Source: an archaeon (GTDB lineage Archaea; Iainarchaeota; Iainarchaeia; Iainarchaeales; Iainarchaeaceae). From it: a stretch of 64,000 bases of DNA. Location: the NCBI GenBank assembly GCA_038046625.1, contig JBBSVV010000003.1, forward strand, positions 8,993-72,992, written 5' to 3'. The position numbers and the translations under genes were made by a program. Shown here one piece after another: positions 37,915 to 46,281 of the stretch. The first letter of the stretch is position 1; the number at the start of each line of letters is the position of its first letter. Below the pieces are notes generated by a model. It was not told where the DNA came from. It worked only from the letters and a program-made list of their open reading frames with translations, and did no database searches.

Positions 37915-38247
37915 CTATGGGCATTGGGTTCCATTTATAATTAGCTTCTGTATGTTATGCCCGATTTTCGTGGCGCAAATAGTATCCAGGTCGCTTCCGC
38001 TTGGATTTGGCTCTATTTTGAGCTGTATTTTTGTTCCCCCGTCTTCACTGTAATTCAGGTCTTTCACGTAGTATTTGCTGTCCATATCCCCTATTGCATG
38101 TATTAGGTCCTGCCTGTAATTCGCTACGCTGTTGACAGAGCCGCTGACGTCAAAATACTTGAAGACAACCAGCATGGAAATCGCTATCACGAGTGCCGCG
38201 ATTATCGTTATTTCGATGCTTGCCTGCGCCCTCGAGTGCGGGTTCAT
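37915..38247 (-). CDS. Pilin-like protein
   Basis: MNPHSRA/QASIEITII; GGTGA RBS. Confidence 0.82.
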   Translation of the reverse strand: MNPHSRAQASIEITIIAALVIAISMLVVFKYFDVSGSVNSVANYRQDLIHAIGDMDSKYYVKDLNYSEDGGTKIQLKIEPNPSGSDLDTICATKIGHNIQKLIINGTQCP

Positions 38248-38248
38248 T

Positions 38249-38983
38249 TCACCCACTCTGGCCGAATGTGACTTTTGTTTCGGATCCGATTTTGTCCACT
38301 TTTGCAATGAATATGGCGCCCTGCACTCCGGTGTTTACCTCACTCGGCGAGCATGAGAATGAGGCTCCTGCATCGAGCTCTTTCGTGCATTTTTTGTCTG
38401 CATCAGGATCCAAATCCAAGGCCAAGTCATCATCCGCATTGTTTTTGCATTCTTCGGGGACGCGGGCTGAAATCTGTTCAAGCCCCGCATCAAGCGGAAC
38501 AACAAGGTATGAGAAACCTATCCCTGCAAAGTTCGTGGACGGTGGGGCCGCAGGAACGCAGTAAATTTTTGATTGCGGCGGAATAACAATTTCTATGGTC
38601 TGCCTTGTTCCGGCGCCGGATATTGAAACGTATTGTGCCGCGTTCACGAGCTTGTCGGCAGAGGCGCGGAGCTTCGCGAGGTTTGCGGTGTCGTTCATTG
38701 CATTGCTCGCAATGTCCGCGTTCGGCTGTATTATTGCGACTATGTAAAGCAGTGAAACCACGAGTATGAGCAGAAATTCTATGCTCGCCTGCCCCCGCCG
38801 GAAACCGCCGGCGGTATGGTGCCCTATCTTCGGTTTTGGCCTCGATAGGTCTTGCTTCGCAATTTTCCCGTTCAAAATATCAAGTTCCACAACAGTTTCG
38901 GCTGTTGGGTGCGATAGCCCATGCTGTCGCATGGACTTGGCGTTGCTTCGCAACGCAGGCTTATTCAAATAATCAAGTTCCAT
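38249..38983 (-). CDS. Pilin-like protein whose leader runs through two repeat elements
   Basis: RRG/QASIEFLLIL; no in-frame start codon lies between repeat E6a and the cleavage site; true start uncertain. Confidence 0.75.
   Translation of the reverse strand: MELDYLNKPALRSNAKSMRQHGLSHPTAETVVELDILNGKIAKQDLSRPKPKIGHHTAGGFRRGQASIEFLLILVVSLLYIVAIIQPNADIASNAMNDTANLAKLRASADKLVNAAQYVSISGAGTRQTIEIVIPPQSKIYCVPAAPPSTNFAGIGFSYLVVPLDAGLEQISARVPEECKNNADDDLALDLDPDADKKCTKELDAGASFSCSPSEVNTGVQGAIFIAKVDKIGSETKVTFGQSG
38796..38849 (+). repeat. Two-hairpin dispersed element, copy E6a
   Basis: cgccggaaaccgccggcggtatggtgc, cctatc-ttc-gg..cc-tc-gatagg (compensatory change). Confidence 0.85.
38890..38963 (+). repeat. 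Hairpin element copy E6b
   Basis: caacag-tttcgg-ctgttg-ggtgcga, as in E5; flanked by ttcaaaatatcaagttcca / ttcaaataatcaagttcca. Confidence 0.8.
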
Positions 38984-40089
38984 ATCAAGTCTCCCGTAAA
39001 CTGAAGCGCAATGTACGCAATGAGGATTGCGGGAACAAATGCCGCGGTTTTTCTCACGACCAGTTGCTTCGGCGCATTTCCCTGCAAAGCTTTTTTCCTG
39101 AGTTCTTTCGCCGCCTCTTCCGTAAGCCCTCCCGCCTCGCGCGGGCTCGAAAACACGTTCCCAGGGACTTTGTATGCCTTGAGGGCGTTTTCAATTTTAT
39201 TATCCATTAACTGCTTAATAACACTTTTTATGCTCGGCGCCTCGACAGGAATTATTTTCCCTCCTTTTTCCACAAGGTAATAATCCGGAATCATTCCTTC
39301 CGTGATTTTTGCGGTTTCAATTTTTTCCCTGAACGCAAATTCGCGGCTCTCTGCATAAAGTTTCCACAGGAAATAAACGCACACCAGCGGAACCGCTATC
39401 GCTATCGAGTTGAACAAAAGGTTTTGCGCCGAAACCAGCAGGCCGGCAACGGCTGAAATTATTATTGCCGCGTTCCTCGCCTTTTTTGGGATGAAAGCTG
39501 CGGCAACCATTATGGGGAGCACCCAGAACAATTCAATCCCGGATTTTGAAAGAATGGTTTCAACGCCAGCGGCAAAAATTCCGGCGCCGAGAATGCCAGT
39601 TGCTTTTGATGCTACGGCTTTCATCGTCCTCGCGAAAACTTCTTTGTGCTTCAATGAGGCCGTAAGCGCCATCAGGATTCCGAGCGGCAGCATGGAAAAT
39701 ATTGATGCCACTATGAGCGTTACCGCAAAAATCGGCAGCGGGGTTGTTGAAAGCAATTGGCCTTGCAGCCCGAGCGCGTCCCTGAGGATTCCGTAATTTA
39801 CGGGGTTGATTATTGCGAGCGCTGTAACAAGCTTGACATCGCCTCCCGCCCACGCGCCCATCCTGTAGAGCGCGTATGAAACCACAAAGGCAATTGTGGC
39901 AGCGGCGAATGCAAATAATATTGGTTCGATTGCCTGTGCATTCAGCGATTCAAAAATTTTTAGTATTATGCCGGTTCCGGCTATTGTGTAAGTGAGCCTG
40001 TTCGGAACAATCCGTTTCCTGAGGTCGGTATAGGTTGCAATGAGCAGTGTTATGAGTGTTAAAAAAAAGTATAGGGAGGAAAACACCAT
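38965..40089 (-). CDS. Prepilin peptidase (A24, EppA-like long form)
   Basis: TYTDLRKRIVPN, AGGDVKL, extra TM segments, AFVPAIL. Confidence 0.92.
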   Translation of the reverse strand: MVFSSLYFFLTLITLLIATYTDLRKRIVPNRLTYTIAGTGIILKIFESLNAQAIEPILFAFAAATIAFVVSYALYRMGAWAGGDVKLVTALAIINPVNYGILRDALGLQGQLLSTTPLPIFAVTLIVASIFSMLPLGILMALTASLKHKEVFARTMKAVASKATGILGAGIFAAGVETILSKSGIELFWVLPIMVAAAFIPKKARNAAIIISAVAGLLVSAQNLLFNSIAIAVPLVCVYFLWKLYAESREFAFREKIETAKITEGMIPDYYLVEKGGKIIPVEAPSIKSVIKQLMDNKIENALKAYKVPGNVFSSPREAGGLTEEAAKELRKKALQGNAPKQLVVRKTAAFVPAILIAYIALQFTGDLIWNLII

Positions 40090-40090
40090 A

Positions 40091-40261
40091 TCAGCTCATT
40101 AGAGTTGATACGGCCGAGTCCCTGTTTTCAAGCACTTGTGCCTGTGCCTTGTCCGCTATTTGGGAAATGTTGAAGGCGATGATTGTTACCGCAATGACCA
40201 GCATCACCGCAAAAAGGACGGTGAGCAGGTATTCGATTGAAACCTGCGCCTTCTCATCCAT
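40091..40261 (-). CDS. Small pilin (56 aa)
   Basis: Manual ORF MDEKA/QVSIEYLLTVLFAV. Confidence 0.85.
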   Translation of the reverse strand: MDEKAQVSIEYLLTVLFAVMLVIAVTIIAFNISQIADKAQAQVLENRDSAVSTLMS

Positions 40262-40282
40262 CAAATCACATTTATTGTTGGG

Positions 40283-40576
40283 TTATGTTGCCGTTGCAGT
40301 GCAGCTCGGGTATGTTCCGCCGCAGTTGTATGGCCTGCCACCGTTTGCTCCTTGTATGGTGACTTGCCTTGCGCCTCCAGTACTTTTAGTGGCGCAAACC
40401 TGGCCCGAATCAATTGCTGTTGATTGTGTACAAAGAGATGCTGCTGTCGTGTTGCCGGTTTGCCCTGTACCAGTATTAGTTATTCCCAGCAACAGTGTAA
40501 TCACTATCACCGCCACGAGAACCGCGCCTCCAATCAGGAGCAGGTATTCCAGTGCACCTTGTCCTTTCTTTTCCAT
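40283..40576 (-). CDS. Probable major pilin
   Basis: MEKKG/QGALEYLLLIGGAV; strong GGGAGGG RBS; Thr/Gly-rich. Confidence 0.9.
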   Translation of the reverse strand: MEKKGQGALEYLLLIGGAVLVAVIVITLLLGITNTGTGQTGNTTAASLCTQSTAIDSGQVCATKSTGGARQVTIQGANGGRPYNCGGTYPSCTATAT

Positions 40577-40615
40577 TGCTTTTCCCTCCCTTTTTTTAGT
40601 ATCATAAGCTTTTTT

Positions 40616-40756
40616 TCAGCCGATTTTATTGGCTTCGCCGCCAATGCTGCCGACCAGGCTTTTCAGGAAGAAGCCTATCGCGGCCGCAACCACGACCGCA
40701 GCCCCGAGAAGCAAAAGCACTTCTATGGAACTTTGGGCTTTTTCTCCTTCAAGCAT
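40616..40756 (-). CDS. Small pilin (46 aa)
   Basis: Manual ORF MLEGEKA/QSSIEVLLLLGAA. Confidence 0.82.
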   Translation of the reverse strand: MLEGEKAQSSIEVLLLLGAAVVVAAAIGFFLKSLVGSIGGEANKIG

Positions 40757-41709
40757 TATCCGGCACCTCCAACCAACAGGCCTGAGAGTATCTCCGCAGC
40801 TATGTAGGCTGAATATGCGATAAACAAGAGGATTGGGAAGTATATAATACTTTTCCCGGCCTTTCCGTCGCGCATGATGCTTATCATCACGCTTGTGATC
40901 GCCGTTTCAATGAAGATGTACGCTTCTATCGAGATGCTTATTATGCCGAGCGCCTTTATGGCTGAAGCCTGTTCCGCGGCCGAGGCCACTCCTGCTGACG
41001 CGGTGAGGAGTACGTGCGTTATTGTTGAGACAAATCCGAAAATCATGGGTGCGATTGCGCCTCCCGCTGCAAACATGAATATTACCTGCATTGCGGTTCT
41101 CGCCTTTCTGTCCTTGTTTATCCTGAATGCCTCGCGCACATCCTCCGAAATTTCTTCGAGCACTCCAGCAAGGCCCGCCCCTGCCCTCACAGAGTCGATT
41201 ATTATCGTTATTGTCCTCTTCACGAGCCTCGAATCCACGTTTTCGGACAGTGTTTTGAGCGAGTTGTCGAAGTTTTCGCCTTCCTCGAGCTTCCTGAGCA
41301 CTTCGTTCATTTCCTTTTTCAATGGCCCGTATTCTGATGTCGCGATTTCCCTCAATGCATACTCGTATGTTCCCCCTGCCTTTAGGGTGTCCGCCATCTG
41401 CCTCAATGCGTCGGGCAGCGCTTCCTCTATTTCCTCAATTCTTTTTACCGCCATCAGGTATGGGTAACCAATCATGAGGTCGATAACCACGACGAACGCG
41501 AGCACGCCGACCTGTATGTTCCTCGTTATTCCCGCCTGCCCCAAAAAGTACCAAGTGCTCAACCCGATAATTACGGAAGCGAGCACCGAGAGCATTATCC
41601 AGAGCACTGGGTCCACCCTGAATTCCGCGCTTCTCAGGTAGTCCGCATATTTCTGCACGAACTGGATTTTGTTTATCAGCGGTATCTTGCTTGCAAGCCT
41701 TAGGGCCAT
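40756..41709 (-). CDS. TadC/T2SS-F membrane platform protein
   Basis: IEEALPDALRQMADTLKAG, YGPLKKE. Confidence 0.92.
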   Translation of the reverse strand: MALRLASKIPLINKIQFVQKYADYLRSAEFRVDPVLWIMLSVLASVIIGLSTWYFLGQAGITRNIQVGVLAFVVVIDLMIGYPYLMAVKRIEEIEEALPDALRQMADTLKAGGTYEYALREIATSEYGPLKKEMNEVLRKLEEGENFDNSLKTLSENVDSRLVKRTITIIIDSVRAGAGLAGVLEEISEDVREAFRINKDRKARTAMQVIFMFAAGGAIAPMIFGFVSTITHVLLTASAGVASAAEQASAIKALGIISISIEAYIFIETAITSVMISIMRDGKAGKSIIYFPILLFIAYSAYIAAEILSGLLVGGAG

Positions 41710-41728
41710 TTCATCCCCTCCTCCCGCA

Positions 41729-41812
41729 CAATAGTTTCGTCCGAGAATGCGCCTCGGAAGGGTGCCAAGATTGTTGGGTACGACTGCTATCTTCGCCGTG
41801 GGGCTCGATAGT
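41729..41812 (+). repeat. Two-hairpin dispersed element, copy E7
   Basis: caatagtttcgt[insert]attgttgggtacga, gctatc-ttc-gcc-gtgg-ggc-tc-gatagt. Confidence 0.8.
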
Positions 41813-41837
41813 AAAAACATTTGCGTGTGTCATTTTT

Positions 41838-42992
41838 TCATCCCACCTTCGGTTGGGTTATTTTTAAGTAGAACACGAGGAACCCAAGCACAAGCGGCAT
41901 TGCAACCAAATAAATTGCCGCTATTGCTATCGGGGACAATGCAACGCTTCCCACGGAAATCGGTGCATTGGTTATGGAGCCTATTATTCCGATGAAAACC
42001 GGCACCACTATTGCGGCGAAAATGTATATTACTCCGAAGAAGTTCATTTTTTCCGAGAACTCGCGGACCGCAATGCGCATGTCGAAGCTCACGTCCTCGG
42101 CAATTGTGTTCATTATGTCCGAGAGGTTTCCCCCGGTTTTCATTGCGCGTATTATGTGCAGGAGCGCGTTGCGCAGCGCCTTTGACTGTGTCCTTAAAGC
42201 GAAGTGCCTTAGCGCGTCTTTCGTGTCCGTTCCTTCCTCGACCTCGTTTATTGTGCGCGCGAATTCTTCGCTCAGCACGCCGTAATCTGAGGTCGCTATT
42301 GTCTGCAGTGTTTTGTAGAGGCCTATTCCGGACTTTAATTCGGTCGCCATGTGCCTCAATGCGAAGGGCAGCTCCACGCTCATGGCGTCGCCCCTTCTTT
42401 GTGCGTTGCTTTTCGGTACGAGCATCAGCGCTACAAGCGCGAACATTCCCACTGCGCCGGAAATGAGGATTGAGTAAAGCAGGTTCACCTTGTACACGAA
42501 GCTCAGTGCGGCAATGATTGCAAATGAAAATATTCCCGCAAGCGTTGCGGCCGCAAGGGAAAGCGCGAGCCATTGCTGGAGCGAGTACTTCATGTTTGCG
42601 GAGTAAAGGTAATACCGCACATCATTCGCGAGCGGCAATTTTTTTATGAGGCGTGAAACCGGGTCAAGCGGCAGCCTGAGCATCAGGTAAAGTTTTCCAA
42701 GGCTCTTTATCGCAGGGCTCTGGAATTCCTGCAAATCTTCAACGGTCTGGACGTTTATTTTTGCCTGTTCGCCCTCGGCAATTATTCCCCTCAGCTCCCC
42801 AAGCTTTCCCCCGACTTCCTCGAATTCAATGCCCTGTTCACGGTACTTTTTTTTCATGCGGTCGACTATTTTTTCTACCTTGTCCATGTCCACGGTTTCC
42901 TGCGCGTCCTTTCCCGCAGTCGTCTGCTTTTTTTCTTCCTTTTTTTCCTCGATTTTTTTTCTCAGGTCGCTCAAAGTGCTCATGGTGTTCAC
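41838..42992 (-). CDS. TadB/TadC (T2SS-F) membrane platform protein
   Basis: ELPFALRHMATELKSGIGL, YGVLSEEF, TGGNLSD. Confidence 0.92.
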   Translation of the reverse strand: MNTMSTLSDLRKKIEEKKEEKKQTTAGKDAQETVDMDKVEKIVDRMKKKYREQGIEFEEVGGKLGELRGIIAEGEQAKINVQTVEDLQEFQSPAIKSLGKLYLMLRLPLDPVSRLIKKLPLANDVRYYLYSANMKYSLQQWLALSLAAATLAGIFSFAIIAALSFVYKVNLLYSILISGAVGMFALVALMLVPKSNAQRRGDAMSVELPFALRHMATELKSGIGLYKTLQTIATSDYGVLSEEFARTINEVEEGTDTKDALRHFALRTQSKALRNALLHIIRAMKTGGNLSDIMNTIAEDVSFDMRIAVREFSEKMNFFGVIYIFAAIVVPVFIGIIGSITNAPISVGSVALSPIAIAAIYLVAMPLVLGFLVFYLKITQPKVG

Positions 42993-45900
42993 TTTTTTTT
43001 CATTGAGTACTGCTTTACCGCTTCGGAGATTTCTTTCATGCTTCTCCTGTTTTCCTTCACGAGCTTTTCGAGGTATGCCGCCCTGTCCTTGACCTCGTCA
43101 TCAAAGTCCTTTTTGGACATTCCCGCGAGTTCCTGGAGTTTTTGGGCGTAATTTATCTGGGCTTTTGTCCTTTTTAGGGAGTCTGTTACCGGGTCGCGCA
43201 GGTATACGGCTTCGGTTTTCGGCTTGCCTTCAAGGGCGCCGGTCACTTGGGCAATTTCGGTTATTCTCCTTATTGTCCCCATTTTCCTGTCGTGCAGCCT
43301 GTGCTGTACAACTATTATGTCGAGCCCGGAAAGCATTACTTGCGGCACGTTCATCGGCGGGTTTGTCACCCTCACGATTGTTTCCTGTGCCGAGTTTGCG
43401 TGCACTGTTCCGAGTGAATTTCCCACGATTATTCCCTGTGCCACGAAATTATGGGGGTTCCTGCCGGTTTGCCTTTCTTCGCTTACCGTCAGGTCATATA
43501 CAAATCCGTTGTATGGGTATGAGTGTATGGCAATTACCTTATCCCAGAAAATGTCGGATTCCGCGAGCAGCTTAAGCTTTGAGGATTCAATTCCCGCAGA
43601 TTCAAATGCCTTGGCGAGTGCCCCGACTGCACGCCTGCTCGGCGTCCTTTCCCTTCTTTTGTAAAAACTTATTGCTCCTTGTGTTAATCCTGCCATTCTC
43701 GCAATTTCAGAATTGCTGTACCCCTTTTCTTTTTTTGCCGTTTTGAGCAGTTTTATTATGGTGCCGTTGCATTCTATGGTGTCGGTATTCGTGTTGCTTT
43801 CTTTTCCCCTGCCGAGCAGTTCCTCTATTTTCCTTATTTTTTCGGGGAATTTTACCGGGTAGGTTTTGTAGAATTTTTCCACTTGGTCTATTCCATAAAT
43901 ATAGAGCCTGTACCATCTGCTGTTGTGTGCGCGTGACTCGTATTTTCTGGAGGTTATCCCTTCCGTCAATAATGCATAGCGGAAAAAATCTATGTAGTGC
44001 TCGTTTGCGCATGAAATGACGATTGCATTGTTGTTTGCATCAACATGCCCTTCTGCGTCAAAAAAGCCCGCGACAAACCCGCGCAGGGAGTTCGTGTAGT
44101 GTGAATTGGACATTTTTGCTTTCTGCCTGCTTCCCGCGGGGATGTCAAGCATTTCCATAATCTTTGCGGTTTTCTTGAACCCGCTTATGTGCGCTTCATA
44201 GCATTGCTTTTGCGGGCGCGGGTTCACTATTTTCACGTGTGTCCCATCGAGGTTTTCTTTCATGTAATTTATGAATTTCGGGATTATGGTTTCCTCTTCT
44301 GTGTAGAGGTTTATTGAGCCTTCATTGCACAGGTATTGCTTGCCGTTTTTTTTCCTTTGCCTTTTGTAATAGGTTATGTTTCCGTCACCGTGCAGCAGGC
44401 CACTCCAGTATTCGCTCTCGGTTTCTTTTGCGTTTTCTTCCCTGAGCAGCTTTCTCGGGGTTGCAATGTTTTGCCCTTCCTTGAGAGTGTCCGCCCTTGC
44501 CTGTTGAATGTTGTCCGCAAGAGTATAGAATGGGTGGTTTCCCGTGCAGGTTAGTTCGCTGCCGGAAGCAAGCTTTATGTGGTAAACGTTGCCTGTGAAA
44601 GGCCTGCGCCTTGCCTGCACGATTTTTTGCCTGTTCACTTTCCCTTTGCCGTCCACAGAGTTGATGTGCTCATCGCCCACAGTGCACACTTCCCACTCTC
44701 CTTCTTTCCGGCTGCCGTTTTTCTGCAGTTGCTCTTCCGTGAATTGGCCGATTTCGCGTATTCCCGAAGTCAGCGCTATTTTTGCTTCGCCCGTAAGGCA
44801 ACCGTCATGCCCCGTGTTGAATGCCGTGAACAATGAGAACGCCTCATCATGCCTGATTTCGCCGACAATTATCCTGTCAGGGCGCATTCTCAGGGAATTT
44901 TTCGTGAGTATGTCAAGCGTTACCTCTCCGGTTCCTTCAAGCCCAGGCGGCCTTGCTTCCATCCTTATCCAGTGCTTCAAGGGAAGGTTCAGTTCGGCCG
45001 TGTCCTCAATGGAAATTATCCTTTCTGTTTCCGGTATGAATGTTGCGAGCACGTTCAGCGTTGTGGTTTTTCCGGAGCCGGTTCCGCCTGAAATCAGTAT
45101 GTTTGCGGGTTTCGTGCCCAAGCCATCGGTGCATGCCCACAGGAATGCGGCGGTTTCCGCTTCAATGGTTTTGTTTTTTATGAGGTCTATTATTGTGTAA
45201 GGGTCTTCGCGGAACTTTCTTATTGTCAATGTGGAGCCCTGCACCGAAGCGGGGGGAATTGTTGCGTTGACCCTGCTTCCATCAGGGAGTCTCGCATCAA
45301 GGAGCGGGCTGCTGATGTCCACCCTTCTTCCTATTTGCCTTGCAATCCTGTTCACGAGATCCTGTATTTCATTGTCGTTGTAGAACTCGATGTTCGTTAT
45401 CATCATTCCGTATTTCCTGTGGAAAATGTAAACCGGCCTGTTCGGCGCGATGACCATTATTTCCTCGAGCTTGTCATCGTGAATCAGGTCGTCTATTATT
45501 CCGTACCCTATCATTTCCCGTATTACCGTGTTCGCATAAAAATCAAACCGCGTTTTTGGTATGTTGAGTTCCGGGGAGTCGCGGAGAATCTCAAGCACTT
45601 TCTGGTAGTAAACGTTCTTTCTCTGCTCCGGGTCGCGGATCTTGTAAGGCGTAATGCTGATTACCCTTGTCGCGGCCTCCTTGATGGTGTTGATTATTGT
45701 TTTTTCCGCCCCCACAGGCCTTGGCACGGGTATCCAGTAGTAAAGCAGGGGCTGTCCCGGGAGCTCGTAAATTTTGGCGTTTCCATAGGAATCAATGAGC
45801 TTTTTTTCGGATGTTTCCAGTTCCCTTTCCGCGGTGGATTTTTGTTCCTCGGGAACGCTTTCCGGGTTTTGCGGCGCGTTGATATTTTCCTGTGGCGGGA

Positions 45901-46228
45901 GCGTGCTCTTTATTTCCGCTATTTTCTGCTTGGCCAGCATCACTTCTTTGGCGGCTTTCTTCTCTTCATCTTCCTTGTCCTCGCTTTGCGCCTTTTCAGG
46001 TTCTTCGCTGCGCATCTGCTCAAGTATAAGGTTTTTTTTGCCCGGCAATGGCTTCGGTTCCGTGTGCCATGGCTTTTTCCCCTGGGCTTGTTGAATCTGT
46101 GCGGGATTTTTTTTTGCGGGCTCGGGCTTCACGGCTTTTTTTTGCGCGGCGTCTTCCGGCTTTCCGGGTTGTTTTGCGTCTTTTTTTGCCTTTGCCTTTT
46201 CAAATAGCGCGTCGAGATAATCTGGCAT
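42989..46228 (-). CDS. Type IV pilus assembly ATPase (CpaF/VirB11) containing an intein
   Basis: LDARLPDGSRVNA, GGTGSGKTT, RMRPDRIIVGEIR, NTGHDG/SLGTVHANS. Confidence 0.94.
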   Translation of the reverse strand: MPDYLDALFEKAKAKKDAKQPGKPEDAAQKKAVKPEPAKKNPAQIQQAQGKKPWHTEPKPLPGKKNLILEQMRSEEPEKAQSEDKEDEEKKAAKEVMLAKQKIAEIKSTLPPQENINAPQNPESVPEEQKSTAERELETSEKKLIDSYGNAKIYELPGQPLLYYWIPVPRPVGAEKTIINTIKEAATRVISITPYKIRDPEQRKNVYYQKVLEILRDSPELNIPKTRFDFYANTVIREMIGYGIIDDLIHDDKLEEIMVIAPNRPVYIFHRKYGMMITNIEFYNDNEIQDLVNRIARQIGRRVDISSPLLDARLPDGSRVNATIPPASVQGSTLTIRKFREDPYTIIDLIKNKTIEAETAAFLWACTDGLGTKPANILISGGTGSGKTTTLNVLATFIPETERIISIEDTAELNLPLKHWIRMEARPPGLEGTGEVTLDILTKNSLRMRPDRIIVGEIRHDEAFSLFTAFNTGHDGCLTGEAKIALTSGIREIGQFTEEQLQKNGSRKEGEWEVCTVGDEHINSVDGKGKVNRQKIVQARRRPFTGNVYHIKLASGSELTCTGNHPFYTLADNIQQARADTLKEGQNIATPRKLLREENAKETESEYWSGLLHGDGNITYYKRQRKKNGKQYLCNEGSINLYTEEETIIPKFINYMKENLDGTHVKIVNPRPQKQCYEAHISGFKKTAKIMEMLDIPAGSRQKAKMSNSHYTNSLRGFVAGFFDAEGHVDANNNAIVISCANEHYIDFFRYALLTEGITSRKYESRAHNSRWYRLYIYGIDQVEKFYKTYPVKFPEKIRKIEELLGRGKESNTNTDTIECNGTIIKLLKTAKKEKGYSNSEIARMAGLTQGAISFYKRRERTPSRRAVGALAKAFESAGIESSKLKLLAESDIFWDKVIAIHSYPYNGFVYDLTVSEERQTGRNPHNFVAQGIIVGNSLGTVHANSAQETIVRVTNPPMNVPQVMLSGLDIIVVQHRLHDRKMGTIRRITEIAQVTGALEGKPKTEAVYLRDPVTDSLKRTKAQINYAQKLQELAGMSKKDFDDEVKDRAAYLEKLVKENRRSMKEISEAVKQYSMKKK
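43418..44800 (-). mobile_element. Intein with LAGLIDADG endonuclease and HTH (461 aa)
   Basis: Starts CLTGEA, TGNHPF, WSGLLHGDG, FVAGFFDAEG, VYDLTV...HNFVAQGIIVGN, then +1 Ser. Confidence 0.95.
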
Positions 46229-46281
46229 TCGGAATCCTACTAAAGGACAGTTTTCTTTTATATAAATATTACTTTATCGGG

